A stretch of DNA of 49,705 nucleotides from Chiloscyllium plagiosum (Eukaryota): assembly GCF_004010195.1 (NCBI RefSeq), contig NC_057719.1, positions 85,442,923 to 85,492,627 of the forward strand, given 5' to 3'. The position numbers and the translations under genes are program-made. Below the pieces are notes generated by a model. That model made no database searches. It saw only the letters and a list, made by a program, of their open reading frames with translations, and had not been told where the DNA came from. Of this stretch, positions 25,833-37,100 are shown piece by piece. Position 1 is the stretch's first letter; the number at the start of each line of letters is the position of its first letter.

Positions 25833-26920
25833 TTATGGCTAATCTAACTCTATGACGTATTTCTAACACATCACTTTGCCAAGTGCTTTGTTTTAATATT
25901 CAGACAAAGGGAGGAACATCTCCTCTGAATTAGAAGTGTCAGTAAAAATTGGATTTCACAAACACCTATACAAAGGTGACTTGAATGCTGAGCAGCACTG
26001 CATATAGAGATTTCACAAATGAGAAGCTTGCTACCGACGCAGCTTGTTGATGGATAAGCAATAAGATTAAAGAAGAGGCAGGTTCACTTGCCTTACACAA
26101 CACCCTGCCTGATTTTCATGGACACCATAACTCTGACATTATCTTACAGACCACTCATTGTGCTGTCAAATGACATTATTTGAATAGCTAAAGTTTGCTT
26201 TGCCAATGCAATGACATAGAAAGAGAGAAACTCAACAAGTAAGAAAAGAAATTATTTTCCCAATAATTAACTTATGTAAGTAAAAATTCTTACAAAAATA
26301 GCTGCAGGATAGACAATAAATTTGGAGACCTTCTGATATAATCAGGAACTGATGGATACTGGAGACTCAAGCCAAATCCCTGCAATACTGAGTTATTTAT
26401 CTACTTGTATTAAACCAAATTCTTAGCATCCACACCCTTTTCTATTTGAAAGCAAGATGTACCTTGTCCTAGCATTTCTGGAACTTTTGCTTTGATTGGC
26501 AATCTTTCAGGTTGCTTAAAGGTACATTGCACGTCTAGGCTAATTCAGGAACAGGTTTGGCCTCACCTCCACATTTGTCAGTTCTGGGATCGAGCAGTAC
26601 AATGCATAGTCTCCATTTTCGGGGGACCTCTGCGTCTGCAAGAAGTACACAGATGAGAATAAATTTAGTCAGGAAAAGAAAAGGATGAAGGAAATGACCA
26701 AACGTTGTCTTTGTGGAAGATTGCACAATGAACTCAAGTTTTGCTGGAAAGAGCATTGGATCAATATCTTTGCTACCACTTCCTTAATTTCGGTGTCAGG
26801 TCATTTTGATTTCTGTCAAGTGGATTAATCGAGTGGCCTGACCGTGGTGAATCAAACCAGCTTTCTTTGCAAAGTATGGCATCAAAGTGGGGAAGTGTTT
26901 CTGAGAAGTTCTTATCTGAT

Positions 26921-26928
<8 letters not shown>

Positions 26929-26954
<26 letters not shown>
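26929..26954. repeat. (TA)n microsatellite
   Basis: Direct inspection. Confidence 0.9.
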
Positions 26955-28196
26955 GTCCGAGACAATATATGCAGGAATCCAAAGTAGACAAGCAGGAGGC
27001 TGAAAGAATACAGCAAGCCAGCCAGCATCAAGAGGTGGCAAAGTCAATGTTTCAGGTATAAGAGGAGAAAGGAGGGGGGAGGAAAGCAAGGGAGGGTAAG
27101 TAAGAAACAGGTAAGGGACGGAGAGGTAGGGGTAGTGAAGAAAGCGGAGGGGGAGTGAGGAAATGTTGAGTGACAAAAGGAGATAGGAATATGCTGGGTG
27201 GAGGAGTGAAGGAGAATCCAATGGTGGAGAGTGAGAATATGGGGGGAGAGGCATTGACTGTGGAAGTGGCAGGCACTTTGGAGGCCAGGCACAAGCTGTG
27301 CATGATCCAGGCGAGCAAATGAGATACAGAGAATTCAGAGTGGGTATTGTTCACTGCTTACTCCAAAGGGAACTCCATGTTGTACAATGATATCTCCAGG
27401 GCATACTCCATGGGCACCAGCCACACTCACGAATGTCCCATCCTCCAAGAACCTCCGTGGTGTAATCTCTGATCCACTGGCAAGAATTTTTAGTCAGGGG
27501 ATTCCAGGATAGCAATTGAAGAGCAGCCACTGGTACTGGTCCAGAGAGTGTTTATTTATACAATCCTGCAATGATTCTGGAGTAGGATCCAATACAGAGT
27601 TGCCCATGTGACCAATCCTGAGATAAGCTACCAGAAAGATTCCATCATATTCCAGTTGAGTGTCTCTGCTAACACGTTGTAGTTGGAACACTTTATTTCC
27701 GTCATAATATATGCAATCAGGAACAAGATGAATCAGTCCCACAATGTGTCCGATCCCATTAGGATGCAGTTGGCCCAATGAGACAAATAGAAAGCGATAT
27801 CTGTGCCAGATCACCAAAAGGTAAAACATTTAATTGATACTGTTCAGGTTACTACAATACTAATAAAAGGTATAGCACTGTTACTAATTCGGAAGTTAGA
27901 CAAAACAATTATATTTAATGCAGGAAGGTGGAACAAGGCTGCTCAAATGTATTATTTTAGGCAAGCTCAAATGTATTATTTTATCCAGCTACCTTTTCAA
28001 AGCGCCTATTTGGATTTTTACTATCACTGTACATTCTAAAACTGTTACTTGGTAATCATTGTGTTTCATATTTTTCAATTGCACTTGGACAAAAAATTGT
28101 TTTGACATTCTTAACTTACAGCTTCACCTTTTTGGCCAATAGATCTTTTCTGGATCCAGTTTCTAAATGTTTTCTTCCTTGTTTTTGTACTCTGCA

Positions 28197-28332
28197 GCTG
28201 AAAATGTGTTGCTGGAAAAGCGCAGCAGGTCAGGCAGCATCCAGGGAACAGGAGAATCGACGTTTCTGGCATAAGTTTCCAGCAACACATTTTCAGCTCT
28301 GATCTCCAGCATCTGCAGACCTCACTTTCTCC
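28197..28332 (+). mobile_element. Penelope-derived 3'-end insertion with 5' inversion
   Basis: TSD tttgtactctgca at 28184-28196 and 28333-28345; absent from copy B (near 38020). Confidence 0.8.
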
Positions 28333-30149
28333 TTTGTACTCTGCACCTTAATTTACAAAGCCAAGCCATCCTGTATGCTTTCTTATCAATGTGTCTGCCA
28401 CTGTTAAAAAGGTTTGTGAAAATGCAAAACCCAAGTCCTTCTGCGCTTGCACCCTCAGTCTAGGTTATGGAGTCTCCATATTGTTTCCAAAACTACTTTG
28501 TATTAAATTGGATATGTTTATATGGCTGAAATTTGCTGCTATCCTGCTCACTATTTACTAAATTTCCAATTTTTGTAGCATCTGCAGACTTCAAAAATTT
28601 TGACTCCCATTCACTAGGCAAAGAATTTATAGAACATTTACAACATGACAGGTGGCGATTTGGCCTATCGTGTTCCTGACATTCAATAAAGCCTTACCCA
28701 GCCTTGTTCCACCTTCCTGCATTAAATTCATAGGCCTGTAAGTCATGACTTCTCCAGTGGACATCCATTGTAACTTTTTTAAATGTGAGTGCTTCTGCTT
28801 TCAGGTAGTAAGTTTGAGATCCATACAATCCTCTGGGTGAAAAATACATTTCCTCATCTTCACTATGTGAACTTTGACCCCTTTACTCTAGTCAGGCCCC
28901 TCATAATCTTAGATTACTCAATGAAGTTGCCTCTTGGCCTTCCTTGTTCCAAGTAAGGTAACCCTAAGATGCCCAATCTCTTCTCATAGTAAACATTTTT
29001 CATCCTGGCAACATGCCTGTAAATCCCCTCAACCTTTTCAACCACAATCTCATTTTCCCTGTTAACATGGTCTGCAGGGCTACACGCCATACACAAGTTG
29101 TGGTCCAACAAGTGTTGAGTACAGTTTTAGCATGTCCTCCCTGTTCTTCTCTTCTGTGCTTTAGTTAACATGCATTTTCTAAACCAGCTCATTTGACCAG
29201 ATTCTATAAAAACTTTTAATTCCTTCACTGATGCAGAGAGTAGGCCCAACATCTCCTCAGTTACTCAACCGTTTTGTCACACTAACATGGAGCTAAAAAT
29301 CCTTCCAGAACATTGCTTCAGCATTTAACTTCCAGAATCCCTTTATGGGTAAACAGAAACTGAGAACTTTGACTTTAAGGAGCAAAAATACTCATTACCA
29401 AGCAGAGCTTCATCCCCTCTGCATTTACTCCCTTCTCTATTGCTGACCATCTTCAGTTCTGTTTTGCTGACATAGCACACATCAGGATTGGGAACTTGGG
29501 TCCATACCTCCAGTTGGCTCCCTCTTCAGCCTTGCCAGAGTTCGCCCAGGGCTGCGGTCTCCTATCCACTGGCCAGGTTTTCCATTGGATCTGTGGTTCC
29601 ATTGGATCCAACGTCAGGTATTTTTCAACTATTCAACTCCTTACCTTTTATATGGTTTCTGCATTTCAGATCCAAGGTCATTTCTTGCTATTGCACTTAT
29701 TCCATGTCATACTAACAAACCATGTTTCCTTCTGTCCTGTCCTTTCAAAATGTTACAGACTCCTGCGTATTTTATTGCAACTTTTGATATTCTTTTGTAA
29801 TTATGGGAGACAGTTACAAGATCATGCCCATTAAATTTTGTGAGTACCATTGATTAACTTACTTTCCCTCGCTACCACCTCCCACCCGAATATATTTTGC
29901 TTTTGAGCAAACAGCCATCAATTTAGCCTTTTTTCCATTTCTCCCTCTTGACCCTATCTGCAACTGTTTTCCAATGTTTGTACTCTGTCCATTCCTGTAC
30001 CACCCTGGGTATTGACTCTGGGCATTGTTTTCTAAAAAGGCTGCCATGTAATGCTGCCATATCCTTTTGCTTGTCAGTCTATAAACACTCCACAGACTCT
30101 TTAGTGATTTTTTTTAGTTGTCCTAGTCATAGGTATAGAGTTATAGAGT

Positions 30150-31380
30150 CAAACACACCCTATGGTCCAACTCATCAATGCCAATCAGATATCCTAAACA
30201 AATCTAGTCCTATTTGCTAGCATTTGGCCCACATCTTTCTCAACCCATTTTATTCATGCACCCATCCAGATGCCTTTAAATATCGTAATAGTACAGGCCT
30301 CCACCACATCCTCTGGCAATTCGTTCCATACACACACCACCCTCTGTGTGAAAATATTGCCCTTCTCACTTTCTCTCTCACTTTAAAGCTATGCTGTCTA
30401 GTTTTGGACTGCTCTACCCTGGGAAAAAGAGCTTGGCCATTTACCCTCTCCATGCCATTCATGATTTTATAAACTTCCAGAAGGTCACCCCATAGCCTCC
30501 AATGCTACAGGGATAATAGTCCCAGACTATTCAGCCTTTTGCTATCACTCAATCCCTCCAATCCAGTCAACTCCCTGTAAATATTTTCTGAACCCTTTCA
30601 AGTCTAACATCTTCCTTACGAAGTGCAACTAAAATTGTATGTAGTATTCTAAAGGTGTTGCAACATGACACTCCAATTTCTCTACTCAATGCACTGACCA
30701 ATGTAGGTAAGCAAGGCAAATGCCTTTTTCACCACTCTGCCTACCTGCAACTCCACATTCAAGGAACTATACACCTGCACCCTGAATTCTTTGTTCAGCA
30801 GCACTCACCAGGGCCTAACCATTAATTGTACAAGTTCTGCACTGACTTGCCTTATCAAAATGTGCCACCTCACATTTATCTAAATTAAACTCCATTTGAT
30901 ACTCCTCAGCCCATTGGCCCATCTGATCAAGGTACTTTTGTACTCTGAGATAACTACTTGCAACTGTCCATTACATGACCAATTTTGGTGTCATCTGCAA
31001 ATTTATTAATGATGCCTCCTATAAGTACATCCAAATCATTATTTTAAATAACAAAAAGCAGTGGACCCAGCACCAACCCTTGCAGCAAAAGCTGTTCACA
31101 AATCTCTTATCTGAAAAAAACAATCTCCATCACCACCCTCTGTTTCCTATCTTCAAGTTAATTTTGTATACAGTTGGCTAGCTCCCTCTGGAATTCCATG
31201 TGATCTAATCTTGCCGACCAGTGGAACTATGAGGCATGTGGAACCTTGTTAAATGCCTTGCTGTAGTCCATTTGGAATGCCAATCTGCCTTCTGTCTTGT
31301 TTGTCACTTCTTCAAAAAACTCAATCAAGTTAGTGAGATGCAATTTCTTATGCATAAAGTCATGTTGTCTCACCCTAATC
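30150..31380 (-). mobile_element. Degenerate CR1-clade LINE fragment (copy A)
   Basis: LTNLIEFFEEVT..MDYSKAFNKVPH RT remnant; 3' end near 30150. Confidence 0.8.
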
Positions 31381-33094
31381 GGCGCTAGTGTTGAGAGAGA
31401 ATGCTGACTGAATTTCCGCGTATTGAAAAATAACCCTTCATTCATTTAATACACTGCCTAGTGAACCTCAATCATACTATTCGACATTTCTTATCCACTG
31501 GAGTACCAAGTGAGCTGTTCTTAACCATGCAACTATACGATGGCAAGGGGAATGAATTTTGAAGGTGGCAGACAAAATGGGCTGCACCACTCTGGATGGT
31601 CATGCTTCTTGAGGGTTGGGTGTTCTGCTCATTTTTGAGATGAATTTCTGCTGTGCCTCCTAAATTGCCCCCAGGAACTCCTGCCATTGCTGCTCCAACA
31701 TCTTCCTTGCTAGGCCGTCCTTCCAAACAGCTCCGGCCATCTCTTCCCTCATGTCTTTGGAATTACCTTTACTCAATTGTAATACAATTACATCTGATTC
31801 CAGCTTCTCCCTCAAACTGCCGCGTAAATTCTATTATATTATGGTCACTGGCTCCTAGGGATTCCTTCACTTTCAGCTCTCTAATCACGCCTGCCTCATC
31901 AGACATCACCAAATCCAGAATTGCCTGTTCCATTGTGGGCGCACCACAAGCTGCTCCATAAAAAAAATCCTATGGACATTCACTGAGCTCCTTTTCTTGG
32001 GATCTGCTACCAACCTGATTTTCTCAGTCCACTAGTATTTTGAATTCCTCCATGACTTTTTTTTAATAGTGCCTTTTCTATCTCCTGATTTATTTGACTA
32101 CTGCTAGGAAGCTTGTATATAACTCTCATCAAAGTCATTTATCCTTTGCAGTTCCTCAACTTTTCCCCGTACAAATTCTACATCTTCCAAATCTGTATCA
32201 CTTCTTCCTTTCAATTTCATAGCATTTCTTACTAACAAAGCAACCCCATCTCATCTGCCTACTCTATCCATCCTTGCAATAGAACTGTATCCTTAGGTGA
32301 TTATTTCCCAGCCCTCATCCCATTGCACCCACATCTCTGGGATACCCACAACATCAATTTCAATCTGTGCTATATTGTGTGCATTTAAGTTCATTTCTGC
32401 CTTGACTACCTCCTTTATCAGCTGTGCCTGAAGTTAGATTCCTGCCCCTTTCCATTCTCTGTGGCCTATTACTTGTTCTGAAAATGCTGGTATCCTCTGC
32501 TGAGCCCTCGTTCCCACTCTTTTCAATTTGCCAGCACCCTTGTCCCAGCATGATTCAGGTGCGTTCTAAGGAAGGGCCAGTGGTCCAAAAAAGTTAACTT
32601 TGATTTCTCTTCACAGATGCTGGCAGACCTGCTGAGCTTTCCCAGCAACTTCTGTTTGTATTTCTGATTTACAGGATCCGCAGTTCTTTTGGTTTTTATG
32701 ACTTAGATGAAGACCCCATCCATTCAAACCAGCTCCTCCTTCCCCAGTACTGGTACCCATGTCCCATGAATTCAAACTCATTTCTCACTCACCAATCTTT
32801 GAGCCATATTTTTACTTGCTTAATCATGTTGACCCCGTGACAATTAGCTATGACTAGGTAGCAATCCAGAGATTATTGCCTTTTTCAGATTGGCTTTTTA
32901 ATTTCGAATTTAGTGACTTATATTCTTTTTGTAGAGCCTCTTCCCTTTGATGTAATTGGTATCAATGGGGATTATGATGATTGGATCTTTTCCCTCCCAA
33001 TCCAAATTCTTCTGCAGTCCAGATGAGGGATCCTGAAACTGGGTACCAGGCAAGCACCACAACCTTTGGGACTCTCGATCCTGGCCACAAATCT

Positions 33095-33816
33095 CCCAAC
33101 TCCTCTACTCAATGCTCTGACCAATAAAGGAAAGCATACCAAATGCCTTTTTCATTATCCCATCTACCTCCAACTCTACTTTCATAAAAGTATGAACCTG
33201 CACTCCAAGGTCTCTTTGTTCAGTAACACTCCACAGGACCTTCCCACTAGGTGTATACGTCCTGGTTTGATTTGCCTTTCCACTCCTCAGCCCATTGGCC
33301 CCTCTGATCAAGATCCTGTTGTACTCTGAGTTAAATTTCTTCACTGTCCACTATACCTCCAATTTTGGTGTCATCTTCAAACTTACTAACTATACCTCCC
33401 ATGTTGACATCCAAATCATTTATATAAATTTAAAAAACATTCTAGAAATGTTTTCCCTGGAGTGTCGGAGGCTGAGGGGTGACTTTATAGAGGTTTATGA
33501 AATCATGAGGGGCATGGATAGGATAAATAGACAGTTTTTTTCCCCTGGGATGGGGGAGTCCAGAACTAGAGGGCACAGGTTTAGGGGGAGAGGGGAAAGA
33601 TATAAAAGGGACCTGAGGGGCTACCTTTTCACGCAGAGGGTAGTACGTGCATGAAATGAGCTGCCAGAGGAAGTGATGGAGGCTTGTACAATTATAACAT
33701 TTAAAAGGCATCTGGTATATGAATAGGAAGGGTTTAGAAGGATATGGGACTAGATTAGGTGAGGATATCTGGTCAGCCTGGTCAAGTTGGACTAAAGGGT
33801 CTGTTTCCATGCTGTA
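33095..33816. mobile_element. CR1-clade LINE fragments in opposite orientations
   Basis: QRDLGVQVH..KKAFGMLSFI on - (33105-33344); FSLECRRLRGDFIEVY..SRTRGH..FTQRVV on + (33448-33654). Confidence 0.75.
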
Positions 33817-33850
33817 CGTAATTCTGTAATAATCAAATTACCAGCTATTA

Positions 33851-34001
33851 GAAAAAAGTGAGGACTGCAGATGCTGGAGGTCAGAGCTGAAAAATGTGTT
33901 GCTGGAAAAGCGCAGCAGGTCAGGCAGCATCCAAGGAGCAGGAGAATCGACATTTCGGGCATAAGCCCTTCTTCAGGAACCATTTCCAGCAACACATTTT
34001 T
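33851..34001 (-). mobile_element. Penelope-derived 3'-end insertion with hammerhead motif
   Basis: CUGAAGAAGGGCUUAUGCCCGAAAUGUC on the - strand; flanked by repeated caaattaccagc. Confidence 0.75.
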
Positions 34002-34295
34002 AAGCAAATTACCAGCCAATACCAAGCAATTGAATTTCCTCTGATGCCACTCTTTATTTTGTACTGGACCCCTGATCCTGGGCTTCAATTTATCCTGCTA
34101 GAAAGACTTTACAAACTATAGGCTAAACAGCAAGCAAAAAAAATCTCTTCCCCTCTGCAACACATTCTGTTGTTGCCTCCAAAGTCCCTGAGCTTTATAC
34201 TTACTCAAGCAGTGTCTCACTCCAGATGCAATCTCTTTCCTTATTCCGTGAAGCTTTCTGAAGATGCACTTTCAATAGGCTTGCTCTTAAATAGA

Positions 34296-34371
34296 GGTAA
34301 AAACAATGACTGCAGATGCTGGAAACCAGATTCTGGATCAGTGGTGCTGGAAGAGCACAGCAATTCAGGCA
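34296..34371 (-). mobile_element. Short Penelope-derived 3'-end insertion
   Basis: TSD gctcttaaataga at 34283-34295 and 34372-34384; same family as 6079-6169. Confidence 0.7.
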
Positions 34372-35312
34372 GCTCTTAAATAGAACTGAGATGACATTGC
34401 ACATCTCTGGAGCAGGTGCGACTTGAACCTGAGTCTACTAGTCCAGGGAGAGGGGCATTACCACAAGAGGGCCCCATGACACATTCCAGGTCATCTTCAA
34501 TAACAATTAATGTCCATTTAGACTTCAGGTGACTGACTGATAATTGTCCCTCTGGTAACCTGAGTCAGCTACATTATTAACCTGTTGCCAAAACACCTGG
34601 TTTGAGCTCTCCATTTATTTCTGAACCTTTGGAAATCAGCAATATTCATGCGAAACAAATAAGTTAAACAGGTAAAGTGACTGTACCTTCCAGCAAGAGC
34701 TTTTCCTTGAGACCAACAAAATATTTTTCGAAGGTAAAAAAAGCACCTTAGTCGTCAACGATTGTAAAATATTTGGCGCCTTCTTTAGTAATTTTGGACT
34801 GTGGAAGGAAAAGAGAAAGATAATTCTTACGAACAGAAGATGCCCACAATGGTGAAATATCATTACAATGGAGAGTCAGTTTGACTCTTTCCAAAGCAGT
34901 AATTTGTAAATGAAACAAAGAAATATAAACAGATAACGTGACTGTATCTTCCAGCAGGAGGTGTTTCTTGACATTTACGTGACATCCTTTCTTCAATAAG
35001 AAAATCATTATTGATTAATAATTGGAATTTACGTGCAGTGGTGATACCTTCATTTCTCCTGGGAAAGGAAATAACGTAAATCATGTGAACACAGGGTGGG
35101 CACGATGGATTCATTCACTCAGATGACAAACATGATTAAATTGGATAGCCAGCTTTAGTGCAAGATAATTCTGGATGCTTGGAAATTGATTTCTCTGTCA
35201 GGCTGGCATCTTTTACACTGTTTATAGAAAAAAAAGTTTATTTCTGTGAATTTTTAAATATGTGGTAAATGATAACGCATCAATATCAACCTTAGGTAGA
35301 GGATTGTAAGGT

Positions 35313-37100
35313 GATGATTTGGAGATGCTGGTGTTGGACTGGGGTGTACAAAGTTAAAAATCACACAACACCAAGTTATAGTCCAAATGGTTTAATTGGA
35401 AGCTCTAGCTTTCGGAGCACCACTCCTTCATTAGGTGGTTGTGAAGTACACAATTGTAAGACACAGAATTTATAGCAGAAGTTTACAGTGTGATGTAACT
35501 GAAATTATACATTGAAAAATACCTTGATTGTTTGTTAAGTCTCTCATCTGTTAGGATTGTCCATTGTAGTTTCACTTCTTTCATTTGTAAATCACAAAAC
35601 ACTTTTTAGAAGTTACATTCTGAGGTTAACTTTAACAATTGGTGAAGAGCCCAGATAATGTGTTGAAGGTTTTTGCCCCCTGTGTGCTGTTGTCAGTGCC
35701 ACAATGTTTAGACTGATTCAAATCTAAAAAATGAGTTACCAGAGTCTTACATGGATTCATGCAGTTTTTGAGCAAGGTACAAATTCATCCCACAAACGTA
35801 TAAGAGTTTGTGTGTGTGTGTGTAGTGCAATGGTGGCCACCCGTAGTGTGATATCAAGGTCCCGGTTGAGGCCCTCCCTATGGGTACCAAACTTAGCTAT
35901 CAGCCTTTGCTCAGCCACTTTTCACTGCTGCCTGTCCCAAAGTCCGCCTTGGAGGATGGTCACCCGAAGGTCTGAGGCTGAATGTCCCGGACTGCTGAAG
36001 TGTTCCCCAAATGGAAGGGAACACTCCTGCCTGTTGATTGTTGTGCGGTGCTCATTCATCCATTGCTGTTGCCTCTGCTCGGTTTCCCCAATGTACCATG
36101 CCTCAGGGCATCCTTGCCTGCAGTGTATGAGATAGACCATGTTGGCGAAGTCGAATGAGTACCTGCCACGCAAATGGTGGGAGGTATCCCCACGCGTAAT
36201 TGTGGTATCCATGTCCACACTCTGACACGTCTTGCAGCACCCACCATGACAGGGTTGTATGGAGTTGTCCTGAAAGCAGGACAGTTTGCTACGAACAATG
36301 ATCTGTTTGAGGTTTGGTGGTTGTTTAAAGGCAAGTAGTGGAGGTGTGGGGAAGGTCTTGGTGAGGTGCTCATCCTCATTGATAATGTGTTGCAGGCCGC
36401 GAAGAACATGGCGTAGTTTCTCGGCTCCTGGGAAATACTGAACAACGAAGGGTACTCTGTCGGTTGCAGCACGTGTCTGTCTCCTGAGGAGGTCATTATA
36501 GTTCCTTGCTATGGCACGTCGGAATAGGCTGTCGATGAGTTGAGAATCGTATCCTGTTCTTATGAGGGCATCCCTGAGTACTTCCAGGTGCCTGTCACGT
36601 TCCTCCTCATCTGAGCAGATCCGGTGTACGTGTAGGGCTTGTCCATAGAGGATGGCTGTTTTAATATGTTTTGGGTGGAAGCTGGAGAAGTGTAGCATTG
36701 TGAGGTTGACTGTGGGTTTGCGGTAGAGTGTGGTGCTGAGGTGTCCGTCCTTGATGGAGATGCATGTGTTCAAGAATGAGACAGATAGTAGAGAGTAGTC
36801 CATGGTGAGTTTGATGGTGGGATGAAACTTGTTGATATCACTGTGTAGTTTTATCAGTGACTCCTCGCCATGGGTCCAGAGGAAGAAAATGTCATCAATG
36901 TACTTGGTGTATAATGTTGGTTGGAGGTCCTGCAGAGAGAAGAAGTCTTGTTCGAAGCTGTGCATGAAGTTGTTGGCATATTGGGGTGCAAATTTGGTCC
37001 CCATGGCTGTTCCATGTATCTGGATGAAGAACTGTTTGTCAAAGGTGAAGACATTGTGATCGAGGATAAAGCGAATGGTGCTCGGAGATTGGCAGTTGTT
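35313..37100 (-). mobile_element. Penelope-like retroelement, 5'-truncated
   Basis: RT plus GIY-YIG ORF followed by a 3' non-coding end carrying a hammerhead-like motif at 35404-35437. Confidence 0.9.
35922..37004 (-). CDS. Penelope-like reverse transcriptase C-terminal part plus GIY-YIG endonuclease (360 aa fragment)
   Basis: MGTKFAPQYA and YIDDIFF RT motifs; VSFL; MVYLIHC..WYIGET..EH GIY-YIG motifs; CxxxxCxxC linker. Confidence 0.88.
   Translation of the reverse strand: MGTKFAPQYANNFMHSFEQDFFSLQDLQPTLYTKYIDDIFFLWTHGEESLIKLHSDINKFHPTIKLTMDYSLLSVSFLNTCISIKDGHLSTTLYRKPTVNLTMLHFSSFHPKHIKTAILYGQALHVHRICSDEEERDRHLEVLRDALIRTGYDSQLIDSLFRRAIARNYNDLLRRQTRAATDRVPFVVQYFPGAEKLRHVLRGLQHIINEDEHLTKTFPTPPLLAFKQPPNLKQIIVRSKLSCFQDNSIQPCHGGCCKTCQSVDMDTTITRGDTSHHLRGRYSFDFANMVYLIHCRQGCPEAWYIGETEQRQQQWMNEHRTTINRQECSLPFGEHFSSPGHSASDLRVTILQGGLWDRQQ

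Larger units (their letters stand above)
26294..35058 (-). pseudogene. Degraded multi-exon gene, copy A (exons 35058-34948, 34798-34687, 27800-27431; tentative 26915-about 26777, 26635-26567, 26379-26294)
   Basis: Paralogous to copy B. Exon 27800-27431 has cag/GTGAGT ends and a 2-nt (CT) insertion near 27544. The middle exon is deleted and one donor is mutated GT>AT at 34947. Confidence 0.65.
24582..35312. repeat. Tandem segmental duplication, copy A
   Basis: Long near-identical collinear blocks shared with 37099-44563 (e.g. 27436-29213 vs 37276-38910, 29217-31520 vs 40527-42986, 34390-35312 vs 43635-44563), including unique sequence and a shared LTR/host junction. Confidence 0.9.

Noticed and set aside
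27431..27800. MHC class I-like reading of the minus-strand exon (YYD, C.W..Y)
   Set aside because: The exon length (368 nt) and phases (2-1) do not fit the roughly 270-nt phase 1-1 MHC domain exons, no Ig C1 exon is seen, and the USP-like motif order fits better.
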